A stretch of DNA of 64,000 nucleotides from the human T2T-CHM13v2.0 reference genome, Homo sapiens: NCBI RefSeq assembly GCF_009914755.1, contig NC_060929.1; one strand, 5' to 3'. Position 1 is the stretch's first letter. The number at the start of each line of letters is the position of its first letter. This document shows, one piece after another, positions 24,861 through 39,491 of the stretch. The notes beneath the pieces are model-generated. The model worked only from the letters and a program-made list of their open reading frames with translations, was not told the origin of the DNA and ran no database searches. The translations under genes were made by a program, and so were the position numbers.

Positions 24861-27534
24861 TTGAAAGATCATTGCTGATTCTAAAACTGTGTAAAAGGGA
24901 ATCTTTTGTTGGAGTTTTGTTCCCCAGAAGACCCTAATCTCTTGCTATTTAAGAACCATGACTTTTAAGTTTACCCTTTGTCTTTAAAACATTTTTTTTA
25001 AATATCAAAAGCAGCACTGTTATTATAGTATATATACTTAGCTACTGAAGACCAGAGACATCTATCTTGGGTCTGAATAGCCCCTGGTCTTTTTTGATAT
25101 CTCCAGGTGCTCTCCTTTTACCAATATTTGCATTGGCAACTGTTCCACATCATTACTAATCATTTGACATCAGACTTAAGAATTTCTGACGCTGACAGAA
25201 AAGTTCTTCTCCCTCACTATCCTTTCTCAGAAATTACTCATTGTAGTCAAATGTGCCCAAGTCCCTGAAGCATATGTAATAAACCACCAACCAGAATCGG
25301 AAGTTCTATCCACCTTCAAACATTTGCTCTAACCTTAGAATGGGATCTTTCTTTTTATTTTTGCAATGCAACTTTTATTTTTCCAAACTACCCAGTACCA
25401 GAGGTTTTTCTAACTGGGACATTTGTTAGCCTGAGAAATATAGAAAACAATTGTTGGGTATAAATTCACATCACATTTTCATTTCCTTCACTTCTGCTAT
25501 TTTCAAAACCTCAGACTTTCCACTGGTAGTACTGCACTCAGTGTGGCTGTCATCCACGCACTAAGCGGGGGATTATCTTTTTTGTCTCTCAGGAACCTCG
25601 CTTTTTTATTGCAGATGCAACTCTAATAGGCAGAAGTTGCCACACAATCCAACAGTGAAGATTTAGGAAGGATCCACGTTACAGGGCAGTGAAAGACTGC
25701 CTGAGGTGGTGGTCCTACCAGCCCTGCAAAAAGAAATGTGGGAACGAAGCTTAAAACAGCCCTCCCTCCCTACAGTGACAACACAACCTGCTTACAAAGA
25801 GCAGCGATAACAAGGTTTCAGCCCAAGATGCCCCAGTCATTCCTCTAATGAATGCAGAGGAACTATCAGCAGCCCAAGACTGTAGACACACAGTATACTG
25901 TTCCCCATATTGTTGAATACAAGATGCGTAAGTTATTCAATAATGTATCTGAATAATTACGTGAAAATGAAAATTACATATTAAACTATTCCAACAGGTG
26001 CCATTTTAAAATAAAACAGTTTCTGCCTTGCATATGCCTAGAAAATATTGCAATTACTTGTGAGTTAAAGCACGTACACTAGTACAAAAATATACCACCA
26101 CTGGCACTGAAAACAGGCCATGGCTAAAACCATCCTAGATGTCTAATGATTTAGCATAAAACATATGTGATAGTGTAAGAGATAATCCTACTATGTTTAC
26201 ATCTTGCTTGTGTAAGTCTGTCAGTGGGCAATCACGAAGCAGAAAGGCATTCCCGAATGGTGGGAATCACAGGAAGCAGTAATCTCATCTGGAATTTAAT
26301 AGTCTTTTTGTGTGTGTGGTTTTGATCATTTTCCTTTTATGAGTGCCGTGTGCACAGACTCTTGATTGTTTCTGCAATGGAAAAAGAAGAGGATGTCCCT
26401 CTGAATCCCAATGATCTGCTTTGGCCAAAATCAGACACCAAAGCTGTTAACGGGAAGAACACTTGCAATATAGGAAATCCTATAATGTAACGACCAATGC
26501 AATTGGTTAGAAACTCTTAATACACTCCCAAGTTGACAGAAGATGGCAGCTCCCACTGACAACTACACAGCCAAGCCTCTTCATCCATTCTATTTAGACC
26601 GAAGGAAAATGAAGAGATATTGAATGGAATATTCTAAAAGTTCTGGGTGGTCAGAGCCATGTGTTTTAGGATGGCCATTTCCATGAGAAAGGTGCGGTTT
26701 TGTGGGCAAACTTTTTAACCCTCTTCTCTTCCTACCACCCCCTACATCACACAATTAAGAACCGTGGGTGGGAGAAGATGGATTGCTCATCGCCCTCCCA
26801 CTCTGTGGCCCTCTTTTGGATGGCATCATCGAACCCAGATGACAAGCTGGGAGGCAAGAGGCTTCCAGCAGCAGCATCTGGCCCTCTGGCAGATGGTCAG
26901 GCCCTCGGGTTCCCGGCTTGGGCTCCCTCCAGATGTGTCTCATGCTTGTCCTGTGTGTGAGCTTCCTCCTACCGCTGCAGGAAATTTTTCACGTGAAGAC
27001 ATTTTGAACCAGAAGAATTGGCACGTTCTTATCTAAGAAGATGTTCTTGTGTTTTTCCCTCTGGGGTTATATTTTACAAAGATGCCTGGATCCAAGAGGC
27101 ATATGTGAATGTATCTTCAAGGCCATCTCCCTGGAGACCTGGGCGGTGGGAGAGGGGAGTGGAGGGTGCAAAACAAATTATACTGTGTCTCCACTCCTCT
27201 ATCACTTTTTACTACTTTTTCCTTCCTAATGAAATCAAATTTTGATTAACACTAAAGGTAGCTCAGAAGAGGGAAAAATGATAAAAGAACTGTCATCGGA
27301 GATGGAGGAGGGCTCTTTCTCTCTAGGCAGTTCTGATTTGGTAACGACATGGGCATGAGGCCCGGAAATTGATAGCATTTGTACAACTCTGTTTTTTTCA
27401 ACAAGGCAGCTACCACCTGTTTCCCACTGACCCCTAACTACTTCCTTGACTTGCTCCCTAGTCACTGCCTCAGCAGGGAGGATCCCCTGAAGCAGAGAAC
27501 TAAGACAGCTATTCCCAAATTTTGATGCTAATAA

Positions 27535-27755
27535 CAATGATCATAAAAATATCAACTGCAACAGCAACTGCCATTTATTGGGCACCAGGCGTTACACTAG
27601 GTACTTTACAAGCCTCAGTTAATGTAATCCTTACCACATTCCAAATAAGTCTACCCATTCTACAGAAGAGGAAAGTAAAGTGGAAATAAGTAAGGTCCCG
27701 CAGATAGTATTAATAATTAGACTTGAAACGTGGTCTCTCTTATCCCAAAGCCTAA
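27535..27755 (-). mobile_element. MIR SINE
   Basis: CATTTATTGGGCACCAGGC...TAATCCTTAC...CCCATTCTACAGAAGAGGAAAGT. Confidence 0.7.
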
Positions 27756-28653
27756 GAGATCTCTTCATTAGTCAATTGGAGAACAGCAAATCCTAGAATC
27801 TTTACTCTACAAAAAACCTTAGAGATTATCCAAAGCAACCTTACATATTACTCAAGAATGTCCCTCAGATTCTGTTTATGCTCTTCTTTTGATAATGAAC
27901 TCACTGCCCTCAAGGCAGTCAGTCTACTCCTGGACTATTGAGCCAGAAGTATCTTCATTAGCCAGAGTTAAAATCATCTTCCTTGTTAACTTCTACCACA
28001 TGGATGTTATTCTTGCTCTTTGGAATAACACAGAACAATTCTTTCTCTCTCTCATACATCTTATCAGACATTTGAACCTACTTTCTCCATTGGGTTGACA
28101 GTAGGATAAATACCATTAGTTCTCTGTAATTGTCCTCATGTTCACCAAGCACCGCTAAAGCTTGCTGTCTGAAAAATTGCCTTAATTATTTATTTAATTT
28201 TCCTATTATTTGTCTGCCTTCTCTGGGCTTGAAGTCCATGACAGCAGGGATAGTGTTTGTCTTGTTCTTGGCTACATCCTCAGCTGCCACTCAATGGGTA
28301 GTCAACAATAAATGAATGAATATATCTGTGCCTTCTGGTTCATTCATTCCCTCATTCAATCATTTTTTTCATTCTTCATTCAACATCCAACACTATGTGA
28401 GCACTATTTTGCAACAGCAAAAGTATTTGGCGATAAGTTCAGTTAGTCAACAAGCATTTTCCATAATAATAATTATAGCTAACATTTATTAAGAGCTTAC
28501 CAAGAAATATTTGGGGTATATGCTAGGCATATGTTAGTTATATGAAGTAGGTATTCTTTTAACCCCCTTTTTAGAGATATGAAAAGGGAGGTATAGAGAA
28601 TGCAGTAACTTCCCCCGGTTTACACAGAGAGTGAGTAGTGAAGAGAAGACTCA

Positions 28654-29088
<435 letters not shown>

Positions 29089-29271
29089 CTAATAACAATG
29101 TCTCCCATGAGGCTGTAGAGACACAACCACACAATGCAATCAAAACTCCACCCTCAAAATAATTACCTATCAATTACTGAGCAAGAGTATTGATGAAACT
29201 CCATGCCCAAGTCACAAGCTGACTTGATTCATGGCATGATCAAAGTACGATTAGGCCCAAAAGCCTGCTTC

Positions 29272-29612
29272 TTTTTCTTTTTTTTTTTTTCTTCTAGAAA
29301 TAGGATCTTGCTCTGTGTCCCAGGCTGCAATGCAGTTGCAGTGGTGCAATCATAGCTCACTGCAGCCTTGAACTCAGGGATCAAGCAATCTTCCTGCCTC
29401 AGCCTCCCAAGTATCTAGGACTACAGGCATGCACCACCACACCTGAATAATTTTATTATTATTATTATTATTATTATCATTATTATTATTATTATTAGAG
29501 ACAAGGTCTCTCTATGTTGCCCAAGCTGGTCCAAACTCCTGGTCTCAAGGGATCCTCCCATATCAGCCTCTCAAAGTGCTGAGATTACAGGTGTGAGCCA
29601 CAGAGCCCAGCC
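29272..29612 (-). mobile_element. AluJ with an (ATT)n expansion in the central linker
   Basis: J-type ATCATAGCTCACTGCAGCCTTGAACTC and TCTCTCTATGTTGCCCAAGCTGG. (ATT)n at about 29449-29497. Flanks CAAAAGCCTGCTTCT / CAAAAGGCTTCT. Confidence 0.95.
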
Positions 29613-30984
29613 CAAAAGGCTTCTCGTATGGGGACAACAGATTTCAGCATGGTGGCCAAGGACACAAAGCTGTGGATAGAAAAGAGCAGGCAAGGGTTCT
29701 AACTGGGGGTGTCCAATCCAAGCCCAGAGACAGGAAAGGTTCTTTGACAGGTGCGGTTAGAGACTTTGCTGGGTAGAGCCAAAGGACGGCTCTGGGGAAA
29801 GTGGAGAAGGGAAAGCTGGAAAGTTAAGAACAACATCTAGCAGGCACAAAAGATTTTCCTTAAAGTAGATCTTGTAAACTAAAATAACTAAGACCTTCAG
29901 TTCACGAAACTTTGGAGGACAAATTAGCACTGCCATTAGGTTGAGACTCCAGTATAAAGGGGGAAAAATTCTGCAAGGCTTTGGCTGTCAATGAGGGGAG
30001 AGCTCTTCAGCGAAGAAGCCTGTCGCATTGGATTGTGATTATAATCCACAAAGCTCCCCTTCCCCGGGTCAGCTCATTCATTTATAAATAAGAAGATTAC
30101 TCACTGCCTACATGCATAAACAGCTTTCTGCATCATTCTTGGGGTATTTTCCATAAATGTTTTCTGCATGCCCCTTTTTTTCTTTTTCTCTTCAAATGCT
30201 CACCGTGTCTGGGTCAGGAACGTGCCCTTATCAGCCAACTTCAATTAATAGTTCCAAATCAGGTCAGCAATGGCCCCTCTCTTCTCTCTGGCTTCTCCTA
30301 AGGGAAGTCCCTTGATTAGGGGTTACAGAAGGCACCAGCAGTGGGGTGCCCTCATGCTCTGTCCTCCTGTCAAGAGCCTGGCAGACAATGGGCAGGTCTT
30401 AGGCTGTTAACTTCTGTTTGGAAGGTAGATTTCTTTATCTGCTATGTTCTTTTTCACTTAAAAAAAAAACGCAGTCTGCTAATCCAGCCATTGGTGGTGG
30501 CTGATTAATTTTCAAAGTGAATTCAGTTTTAGCCACTTCTACAAATAGACACTTTATTGAGTTGAAGAGTCAAGAAGGGATTGCTATTTAATTGTATTTG
30601 ATCCAAAGACAATCAGTGGCTTTACTATCTCACCTCTCTGTATTCTCTAATTATGAGCAATATTCCTTCTCCTTGTGTTGACAGAGCACTTTACAATTTT
30701 CCACACTCTTCTGCTTATATTCCTGAGGTAATCCTTCCCCACCCCGTGAGGTAAAGTGGGCAGGTACTATCATGTCCACTTGATACAAGGAGAAGTAGAG
30801 GCTCAGAGTAAAAGACCCGGTAATCTAGGGGGTGGAGGGTACAAAACACTTGATCCAGCAAGAAGTAGAGGCTCAGGGTAAAAGACAAGAAGGAGTGGGG
30901 AGCTGCAAAACCAAACCCAAGGCCCTGACTCCAATTCACATTACTTCCTGTGGTGCCACACCACCAAAGCAAGGGGAAGGAATG

Positions 30985-31200
30985 CTTGAGTGGTGCCTCA
31001 GAGCTCACAGAGCCAATCTGAGTTCAAATTCTGCCTGTGCCTTCTGGAGCCTCAATTTCCACATCTATAAAACAGAGAAGAAATAGTACCTACTCACAGT
31101 GCCTGCTTGAGAGGGGGACCTGAAGATCCAATGAGTTGATGCACCTGGAGCTTAGGACAGATCCCAGCAGACAGCAAGTTCCCAGCCACGTGTGCTGCCA
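30985..31200 (+). mobile_element. MIR SINE
   Basis: CTGAGTTCAAATTCTGCC...GCCTCAATTTCCACATCTATAAAAC...AATAGTACCTAC...GCTTAGGACAG. Confidence 0.75.
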
Positions 31201-33409
31201 CCTTTGCCTCTGCCTCAGGACTAAATGCCATTCATTACAGCCTACTTGTTTTCTTGTGTTGCAAGCCCAAAACTTCAAAGCACAATTCACAAACTCTAAG
31301 CCCATGACCTTTGTTTTATTTGGGATACAGAGCCTTTCTGGTTTTATTGTCAGCATTTACTAATTGGGAGCATTCACTGAAACATCAAGATATCCCACAT
31401 TTTGTGAAAATAAAACATCCAGCAATACTAGGTCCACATTCCTGCATAGCAGCTATTAGTTGGGAACCGAAATTAGAAAGGAACTGAATTTGACTTTTTT
31501 CGAAAGGTAATATCCATTTATGGGCCCATTTCTAAAGGCCCACTGAGTCTACCTTTACCCCTCTCTCCCTACAGAACCGCCTTCCTCTTATGGTAAAGCT
31601 GGGACCTGGTATATTGGTGACTTCCCCTTTATACAAGGCACATGCTCGCCGGTCTGCCCCAGTCCCCACCACTCCCTAATACATTTCTCAAATCTCACCT
31701 CCTCGGTTCATTTATATTACTGCCTGCTCAGGTGGCATTTCAATTTGTTATTCTCCAGCATTAAGACAACAATGTGCCCTACTACAAGAAGTGTGTTGTA
31801 ACATCTTCTAGAGCCAGCTGAATGACTTTAAAGAAGGCACTTGCTGGCACTGTGAATTCTCATATTATTCACATCTCACAGCATTCTGTTTATCATCCCA
31901 GCTTCTCACAGGCAAATCTGCACCCAGGGAAGAAATACATTCAGCACATTTTGCTAGCAGAAAACTTTAACTGGAATAAGCTCAAGCGAAATGAGGATTA
32001 TAGAGTTAGGCTAAGAGTGATAGCTTTAACTTTCTGCAAAAACCTCCCCCATTTGCACCTATTCACATAAACATTGCTGCCGTGTAACTCCCAACCATCC
32101 TCAAAATGTATTTTGTTACTTGGTAATCAAATTTGCTTATGCCATAAAATGCCCTAGCTCCTATGTGAATGTATTTTTTTTAAGCCGGAATTGAGGAATA
32201 TTGACCATTATTGGGAAATTAAAGGGCCTTGCACTCTCTTGATCATGAGATGAGTTTATTAAAGAGGCAGTTTGTTCTCAAGTCTGGACAGTGGCATTTT
32301 GGCATTGCGATAGCACTGGATGAGGATTAAGTCATTTCTCAGCTTTCCTTGGCAGAGTCTTTTATTATTTACAGTATTTACTTCAGGGAAATCTTGGCGT
32401 GTGTCATATTTATCTTACTGAAAAATGGGCCCATAAATGCATATTACCTTTCGAACAAAGCCAAATGTTTTGGTACTAATTTGGTTCATGAAGTATGTAA
32501 TTCAGTTCCTTTGCACAGGAGCAACATTTGTCTTCTGCTTTTATTAAACTACCATAAACCATTTTTTCTTGCTCATTATTGAAATATGCATCACCGAAGC
32601 TGGGGCAAAGGAGATTTAATGACTAAAGTTCTAAAGGCAACCCAGTGACACCACTCTGTTCTGCTGCTTGCCACCAGAAAAATTAAGAAAATAGGGGACC
32701 TGTAAGGAAAGCCTTGCCCTGGCCCCACTTAGTGGGTAGCAGGAGGGATACAAGGGAATGGAGGAGGGAGCAAAATAAAGCAGTCATTTGTATGAGATTA
32801 TTTCCATGAAACACATGCCTTCGTTAACAGGAGTTATTTATAAATAGCTGCTCATTTATTTTTCATTTCAATCACGTATGCTTTTAGTCTCTTTGAGGTC
32901 AGCAGCAGAGAAATGTTGCCACCAATATACCTAGGTCCCAGCTTTACCATGAGGGGAAGGTGGTTCGATAGGGAAAGAGGGATAAAGGTAGACTCAATAT
33001 ATCACACACCTCCCCTCAAAGCTTCTCTCTTTGCCAGTATGAGTGTTGTCTTGTGTTCATTCTCTACAAGAATGTTGTAAGTGACAGTTTCACTATCCCA
33101 CCTATAACAGATCACTTGCTTGGAAGTAGGCTGCCTGTCTTTCCTTACCCTGGCAATGCAGAAAAAAAAAAAAAAAAAAAGCAAAGAGACTCCAGGTAAA
33201 ATGAATGAGACATTTCGGAACCAATCATACATACAAAAAAAGCATCCTTTTTCCAGGCAAACCATTCTATACAAAAACAACTCAAAATTCAGTTTAATGA
33301 GATGTAACAACAAAAAGGTGCTGTCACTTACCTGAACATGCTCAGTGTTTATTATGTGTGGAGAAGGAACAGGCAGGTGCAGGGGAGGAGGAGGAATAGC
33401 TTACACACG

Positions 33410-33630
33410 TCTCATACTCACCACGAAGCAGAGGCTGTGCTCTGTACTTGGTCTTACTGAATTTTGACACCACCTCTGTGAGGCAGGTACTATTATTATT
33501 CCCATTTTACACATGATGATAATGGAAAAAGATGACAGAGATATTGAGTAACTTGCCCAACCTCACAGAGCCAGGAAGGAGTAGAGTCTGGGTTTATACC
33601 ACAGAACAATTTGCTCTTTGGTTCTATTGC
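33410..33630 (-). mobile_element. MIR SINE
   Basis: CTGTGAGGCAGGTACTATTATTATTCCCATTTTACACATGA...GAGTAACTTGCCCAACCTCACAGAGC. Confidence 0.85.
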
Positions 33631-33888
33631 ATTTAGCTCTTGATTGAATTCTATCTTGAAATGTTTACTAGCGCACTGTGAAAAATTCAAAGAAATGGAG
33701 GAGACACAGTCCCTGCTCTCACATCCTTTATTGTTGACCAGGGAGATAAGATGTACATATATGATGCTGACTAATTTCAAATAGAAGTTGAGTTCACTTT
33801 TGTCCCACATAACTCTGTAACCTCCTTACGAAGAGGGGTTCATTTACTCAGAAAATATTGATGAGCACCTATGTGCCCAGATAGTCTA

Positions 33889-33970
33889 GGACTGGGGGAC
33901 ATCCTGGGGTTGGAACTCAGTTCTAAAACCAGGAAAGTCCCCAGGCAAATCAGGGAAGTTGGTCAGACTA
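33889..33970 (+). mobile_element. MER81-like hAT-Blackjack MITE fragment
   Basis: GGACTGGGGG...TCAGTTCTAAAACCAGGAAAGTCCCCAGGCAAATCAGGGAAGTTGGTCAGACTA resembles the MER81 3' half (AAAACCGGGACAGTCCCGGGCAAACCGGGACGAGTTGGTCACCCTA). Confidence 0.7.
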
Positions 33971-36513
33971 AAAGTAATTATGGCTAGATACTGGGAGTAT
34001 GATAGTTTCTGAAACAGACATCATCTCTGCCTTCACGCAGCAGTCACTCTAATGGGGACCCAGACAGAAAAACAGTGGAGCGAAGGTGACAAGGAGGGAA
34101 GTATTGTGCACAGCAATACCACATACTCACAGGGTGGCATTAGTATGGTGTTCTTAGCTCTAAAAAGCCACCAAAACAAATAAAATCAGAAACAAAGTTT
34201 TTTCAAATAATTGAAAACCTACATTTATGGATGAGGTGGAAAAAAGATAAGGCCAAAATTACACCCATGGCTTGCAAATCTGAGAAAATAGGTGTGTATC
34301 TTAGCATATTGCTAGATACCCAATTAACATCTAGGGTAATTCTATAACACATTAACTCATCACTGAGATGCCCCATATAAAACCACGTTAAGCTGGAAAA
34401 GCAAAACTTTCAGTTTGGGATGTTAATATGTTACCAAAACCTTCCTATTCTCATGGGTGTCCTGGTCCCATGAAATGAATTCCTGAGTTATCAGTTTCAT
34501 TTGTTATTTTAAATGAATAAGAACAGAATCAGTTCTCCTCTTTCACTACTATCACCACCCAAAACATGTATCTTTGAAGCAATTATTACATTACAGTAGC
34601 AATTAATGTCAACAATATAAAAAAAAACAAATGCTCAAAGGTGTAACCAACCAAAACCAGCACAATCATTCCCTGCATTAGTGTTCTCTCTTTTGTTCTC
34701 AGCGCATTTATCAAGTATGCAGTAGCTTCTAGAAATCACTTCAATGAAAACTGCTCCCGACACCACTACAATGAGTTAAGTAATCGAGAAATTAGAAGCT
34801 GTGTTGACTTTTCAGAAGTGTAACTAATAGCTGTAGAAAAAGGAGTCCAAAAAAAATTAACCAAATGAGATGCTAATCTTCTCCCCAACACCCCACCACC
34901 GAGTTTTGGCAGACAAAAATTACTGAGCTGGAGTTTGGCAACTGATGAGCAAGGCATAAATCCTGAAAAGACTTGTCAGTCGAAAGAAACTTTGTGGCTC
35001 CTCTCACTATATCCTCATCTTTACTTAAAATACACAGTACCTGCTGTGCTTGACAATTATTTCCCAAACTGTTGGGGAGGGTGTACACACCCATACATGC
35101 ATTTTTTATCTTTGTGCACAAACTAAATATCTTTGTATACCTTGTCCACATCATCTCTATGTATGTCTACATAGATTTGCACATATCTTTGTTCACAAAA
35201 GGTATTGCCACAGATAAATTAACTTAACATGATATCTTGGCTGAGGGGTGTCAATAAGTTGTTATAATTTTTGTTTGTGCTAACAAATCCCTAGGTAAAC
35301 CCTCATCTTTTTCCTTTCCCATCTTAGCAAGCTCCTTTGCAAGCAAGGCTCCCATTAACTCCAATCAAGCTTTTTTTCCAGGCCCCTTAAATTAACCACT
35401 CTAGGTTTTAGAATAAGGAAACAGCCTCGTCACAATGCATCATGTATTCTGATCAAGTGTGTATTGTTACTTCCACCCTGACAGTTCCCAACCTCATTTT
35501 AAATATGGCCAAGAGGCCTCAAGAAATGTAGATTTATAATGGAGGAGATGCGTTTGCACCTCCAAACACAAATTATGTTAATTGGGTGTTCCAACTGGAG
35601 CCAGGAAGAGGTGGCGTGATTATTCTCTGGAAACCTCGGTGATTGGCAGCCAACTCATACTGAGAACCAGGACGGGTTGGCTCTTTGGAGCCATGCAGAG
35701 CACATGCCTTCCTCCCCTTGAATAAAGGCTGCTCCACACTCTACCTGTCCAGCCGGGCTGTGGTCAAGCTGCTCCGCTTGCCATGCATCAATGCCACTTT
35801 GTTCAGACCGACTGGCTCTCAACAGTGCCCCTCCTGCCGTCTGTATTATTTAAAGGAGATTTATGGTTGGGTGTCTTGTGTTGTGAAACACAAGCTGTGA
35901 CCCCCGGGCTGGGAAGCCAGCAGGGAAAAACATTAATATAACGGCACATGGGAAAATGAAACTCATGGGCAGCAGAAAAAAAAAAAAGAAAACAGAAAGA
36001 AAAAGAAAGAAAGAACAGAAATGTGAGATGTGAAATGCACGAAGGTGTTACAAACTGCACTGAGTGTTTGCATTCCTTCTCTGGTGGAACGGCAACATAT
36101 ACTCAGGTTAGGATGGTGGTGCTGGTGGTTTTTGTTGGTTTGTCTGTTTGGATTTTGGTGGGGGTTTTTTGGAGAGGGGTTCTGTTTGGCTGGTTTGGTT
36201 TGGTTTGGTTTAGAAGACACAGAAACAAATGCCAAACAATAAGGGCTTATGTTTAAAAATAACCCATGTTAACTAGAGGACCAAGAACCCTGGTCGCATA
36301 TTAAAGAGGACCAGATAATTGTGTCACCATTAGGATCATTTGAAGTTATACATACTTAATTAAGGGGAATCAAAACTCATGCTGCCAGGCATGACTGATC
36401 ATTGGTTGGCTCAGGAAGAATTTACCCCTCTTCTAACAGAACACTCTCCAAGACAGGGGCACTGGCCATTATGAGAGTTCTTACAGTTACAGATCAGGTC
36501 AAGAAGGAGGGGA

Positions 36514-36843
<330 letters not shown>

Positions 36844-39321
36844 TGCAGGGGAAAGAACAGAGCTGGAACTAGAAGAGCAGATTTTAGCATTTTTAATACA
36901 ATCAGATGTATTATTTCCTAATTTCCCAACTGCATACATTTGAAATGAAGAGACATTGTCATCCTCATTGAGCTATGGAATTTGTCTGACATTTTTGTTA
37001 CTGACTCCAATGCTAGCCAAAAATGATTTATTTGTCCTCTGGTCCTCAGTGTCCCAATCTGTAAAATGGAAACTCACTGTTCCTATCAGAAACAGGGTGG
37101 CCACCCACCAAGCTGTGGTTCTTCCAAGGATGAAAAAGATGGTACCAGAATCAAATTATTAAAATGCCCTTCTCACAAAAGCATAACTTTCTGTTAATAT
37201 TTCCCTTAGAGAAAGGCACATTCAATTTCCATTAATGGTACTTAGAAATTCGTGGAAGTAAACCAGCATATGGATATGCTGAAGAAGGTGGGTCACCATT
37301 AAATCCTAAACACACCTCTATCTTTGAAAATGTTTCAGAGAACTGTGAGATTCAATTACTTTGGTGAAATTAGATCCTATACTAAAGAACCAGTATGTTG
37401 AATCTCTGTAGCAAAGATGATTTTTTTAAACTACATATTTTATGTAGATGTGATTTTCTTTGCTCAATAAAAAATTAATTGATGTATGCCCTCAGACTAA
37501 TCTCAGAAATACCTAGTAATTTTTTCCCCAATCTTTAAGTATTTCTCAGAACAAATAGGTTTTATGGTTTATGGAAAAACCTGGAGATTGTGAGCCCTGT
37601 CTTCTCCAGATGTACACAATAATTGGTGCAGGATCTTGGAAAGTATTAGGACACCCCTTAAACAAAGGCTGGCTGAAGCCTGTTGCAGTGATTCAATAGG
37701 AAATTATAAAGTCCAGTTTGTGGCCCCAAAGGGAAACACTGCTGTCCTTGAGTAGTCCACAAAACTCTATTTCCAATTAGCACCTGCTGATTCAGTGTTT
37801 CACATTCACAAGAAAAATAAATCCCCTATATTTTAAAGCAGTGTGTGTATGCCTTGCAGGGGAGCAAGGCAGTCAGGGGAGAGTACCGAGAGCCCAGCAG
37901 AGAGAATTTCCTTCCCCATGTACCATAGTCTCCTTTCTATCTCTTCAGTCATGGAACACACTTCTGAAATTGCAGCAGCTACTAGAAAACTTCCCTCAAC
38001 GAGTCGCCTATCTGAACAGGGAACCTCTGCAGATCTCCTTCCTTTCATGAAATCGCTGAATACTAAAACTAAATGTAACACCCATTTTGTACAAAATGCT
38101 TAGACCTTCTTCAGCGTACTCTTTCAACATTCAAGCCTTGCTCATTTACCTCTGTGAGCTTTATGACTAACTCAGTATCACTAACTACAGCTGTCAGCCC
38201 TCAGAGGTCAGAGACATGACTGTTTACTTCTATCACTAACCAGCCCGGCTGGTTACAGCTAGCTACACTAGCTACAAAGAGACAATTAACAAAAAATGTC
38301 TCATGAGGATAGAGGGGTTTTTTTTTAGTTTTGTTTTGTTTTTAATCATCTATCATCCTCAGGGTGGAGAGGGGAAGAAATGAAGACCCATTTTTCTTTT
38401 CCATCTCATCTAAAGCCAAGCTATAATCCATTACCACTGCAAACAGACAACAGGGCATTTTCTGCTACGACAGCATACAGTAGGAACAAATCATAACATA
38501 ATAATCATCATCTCTTAAAAGCCTTACTCACCCCATTTCACCTTGCCCTGGAATGGGATTCCTTGAGTAGGAGAGTATACCCACCACTCCTGTTATGATC
38601 CTTGGCTAGAACCACTGTGAGCTGAGAATCTCAGCACCCACTCCACATGCCCTACTTGGCAGCTAAAATGTAACTATTAAGTCACACTAACATTAGATTA
38701 GATGATGCTGTCATCCCATTGTTATCCAATTTATTCTTCTCTGACATGGTATGAAGTGGTTCTGCATCAATAATGATTCATAAATACAGCCATACCTGAT
38801 CTCTATCACCATTTCCATGTGCTTTCACAGACAAGAAACTGCTCTCTCTTCCATTTCTCCAAGTTCATTTCTTTAGTGGGTGAGTAATGACAGTTTCACC
38901 TCCAGAGTCTATTTAACTATAAAGAACATTCACAGAATGACCTAGATATTTGGTTGATAAGCACCTGCTATTGACTCAGGGCTCATCTAAGTAGTGTGGG
39001 CTGCACATGTCTTAGGAGAGTAAGGGCCCTTCCTCATGGATCCTCCTGGTGGACACAAAGATTCCCATTTCTGCACAAACATTGCAAATTTCACATAGCC
39101 ATTAGTTTCACCTACGGATCCCAGGGACTTACCCACCAAAGTTCAAGTTCCAGAATGTAGTGGATGCTTAGAATTCCTATAATCCAGAGCTTTGCCCAAT
39201 TTAAAATGGAGTGATATGCATAGGTGCAGTCTTGAACTACTTTCTAATTACTTCTTGTGCAAGCCTCTTAATTCCTAAGAGTACTGTATCTTGGAGAGCA
39301 CTTAACATACGGTGTACCCGT

Positions 39322-39491
39322 CCCTTCTAAATTTGCTGGATCATAAAAATCACCTGAGAATATTTAAGAATACAGATTCTCAAGCCTCACCCCAGGCCTA
39401 CTGAACTAGAATCCCTTGGTACAAGGGCCTGGAGATGTGTATTTTAACTACTCTCAGGCGATTCTGACGAACAGGAGAATTTGGAAAACAG
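39322..39491. mobile_element. MER5-type hAT-Charlie MITE
   Basis: AATCACCTGAGAA...AATACAGATTCTCAAGCCTCACCCCAGGCCTACTGAACTAGAATC...GTATTTTAAC...GATTCTGA...TTTGGAAAACA. Confidence 0.8.
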
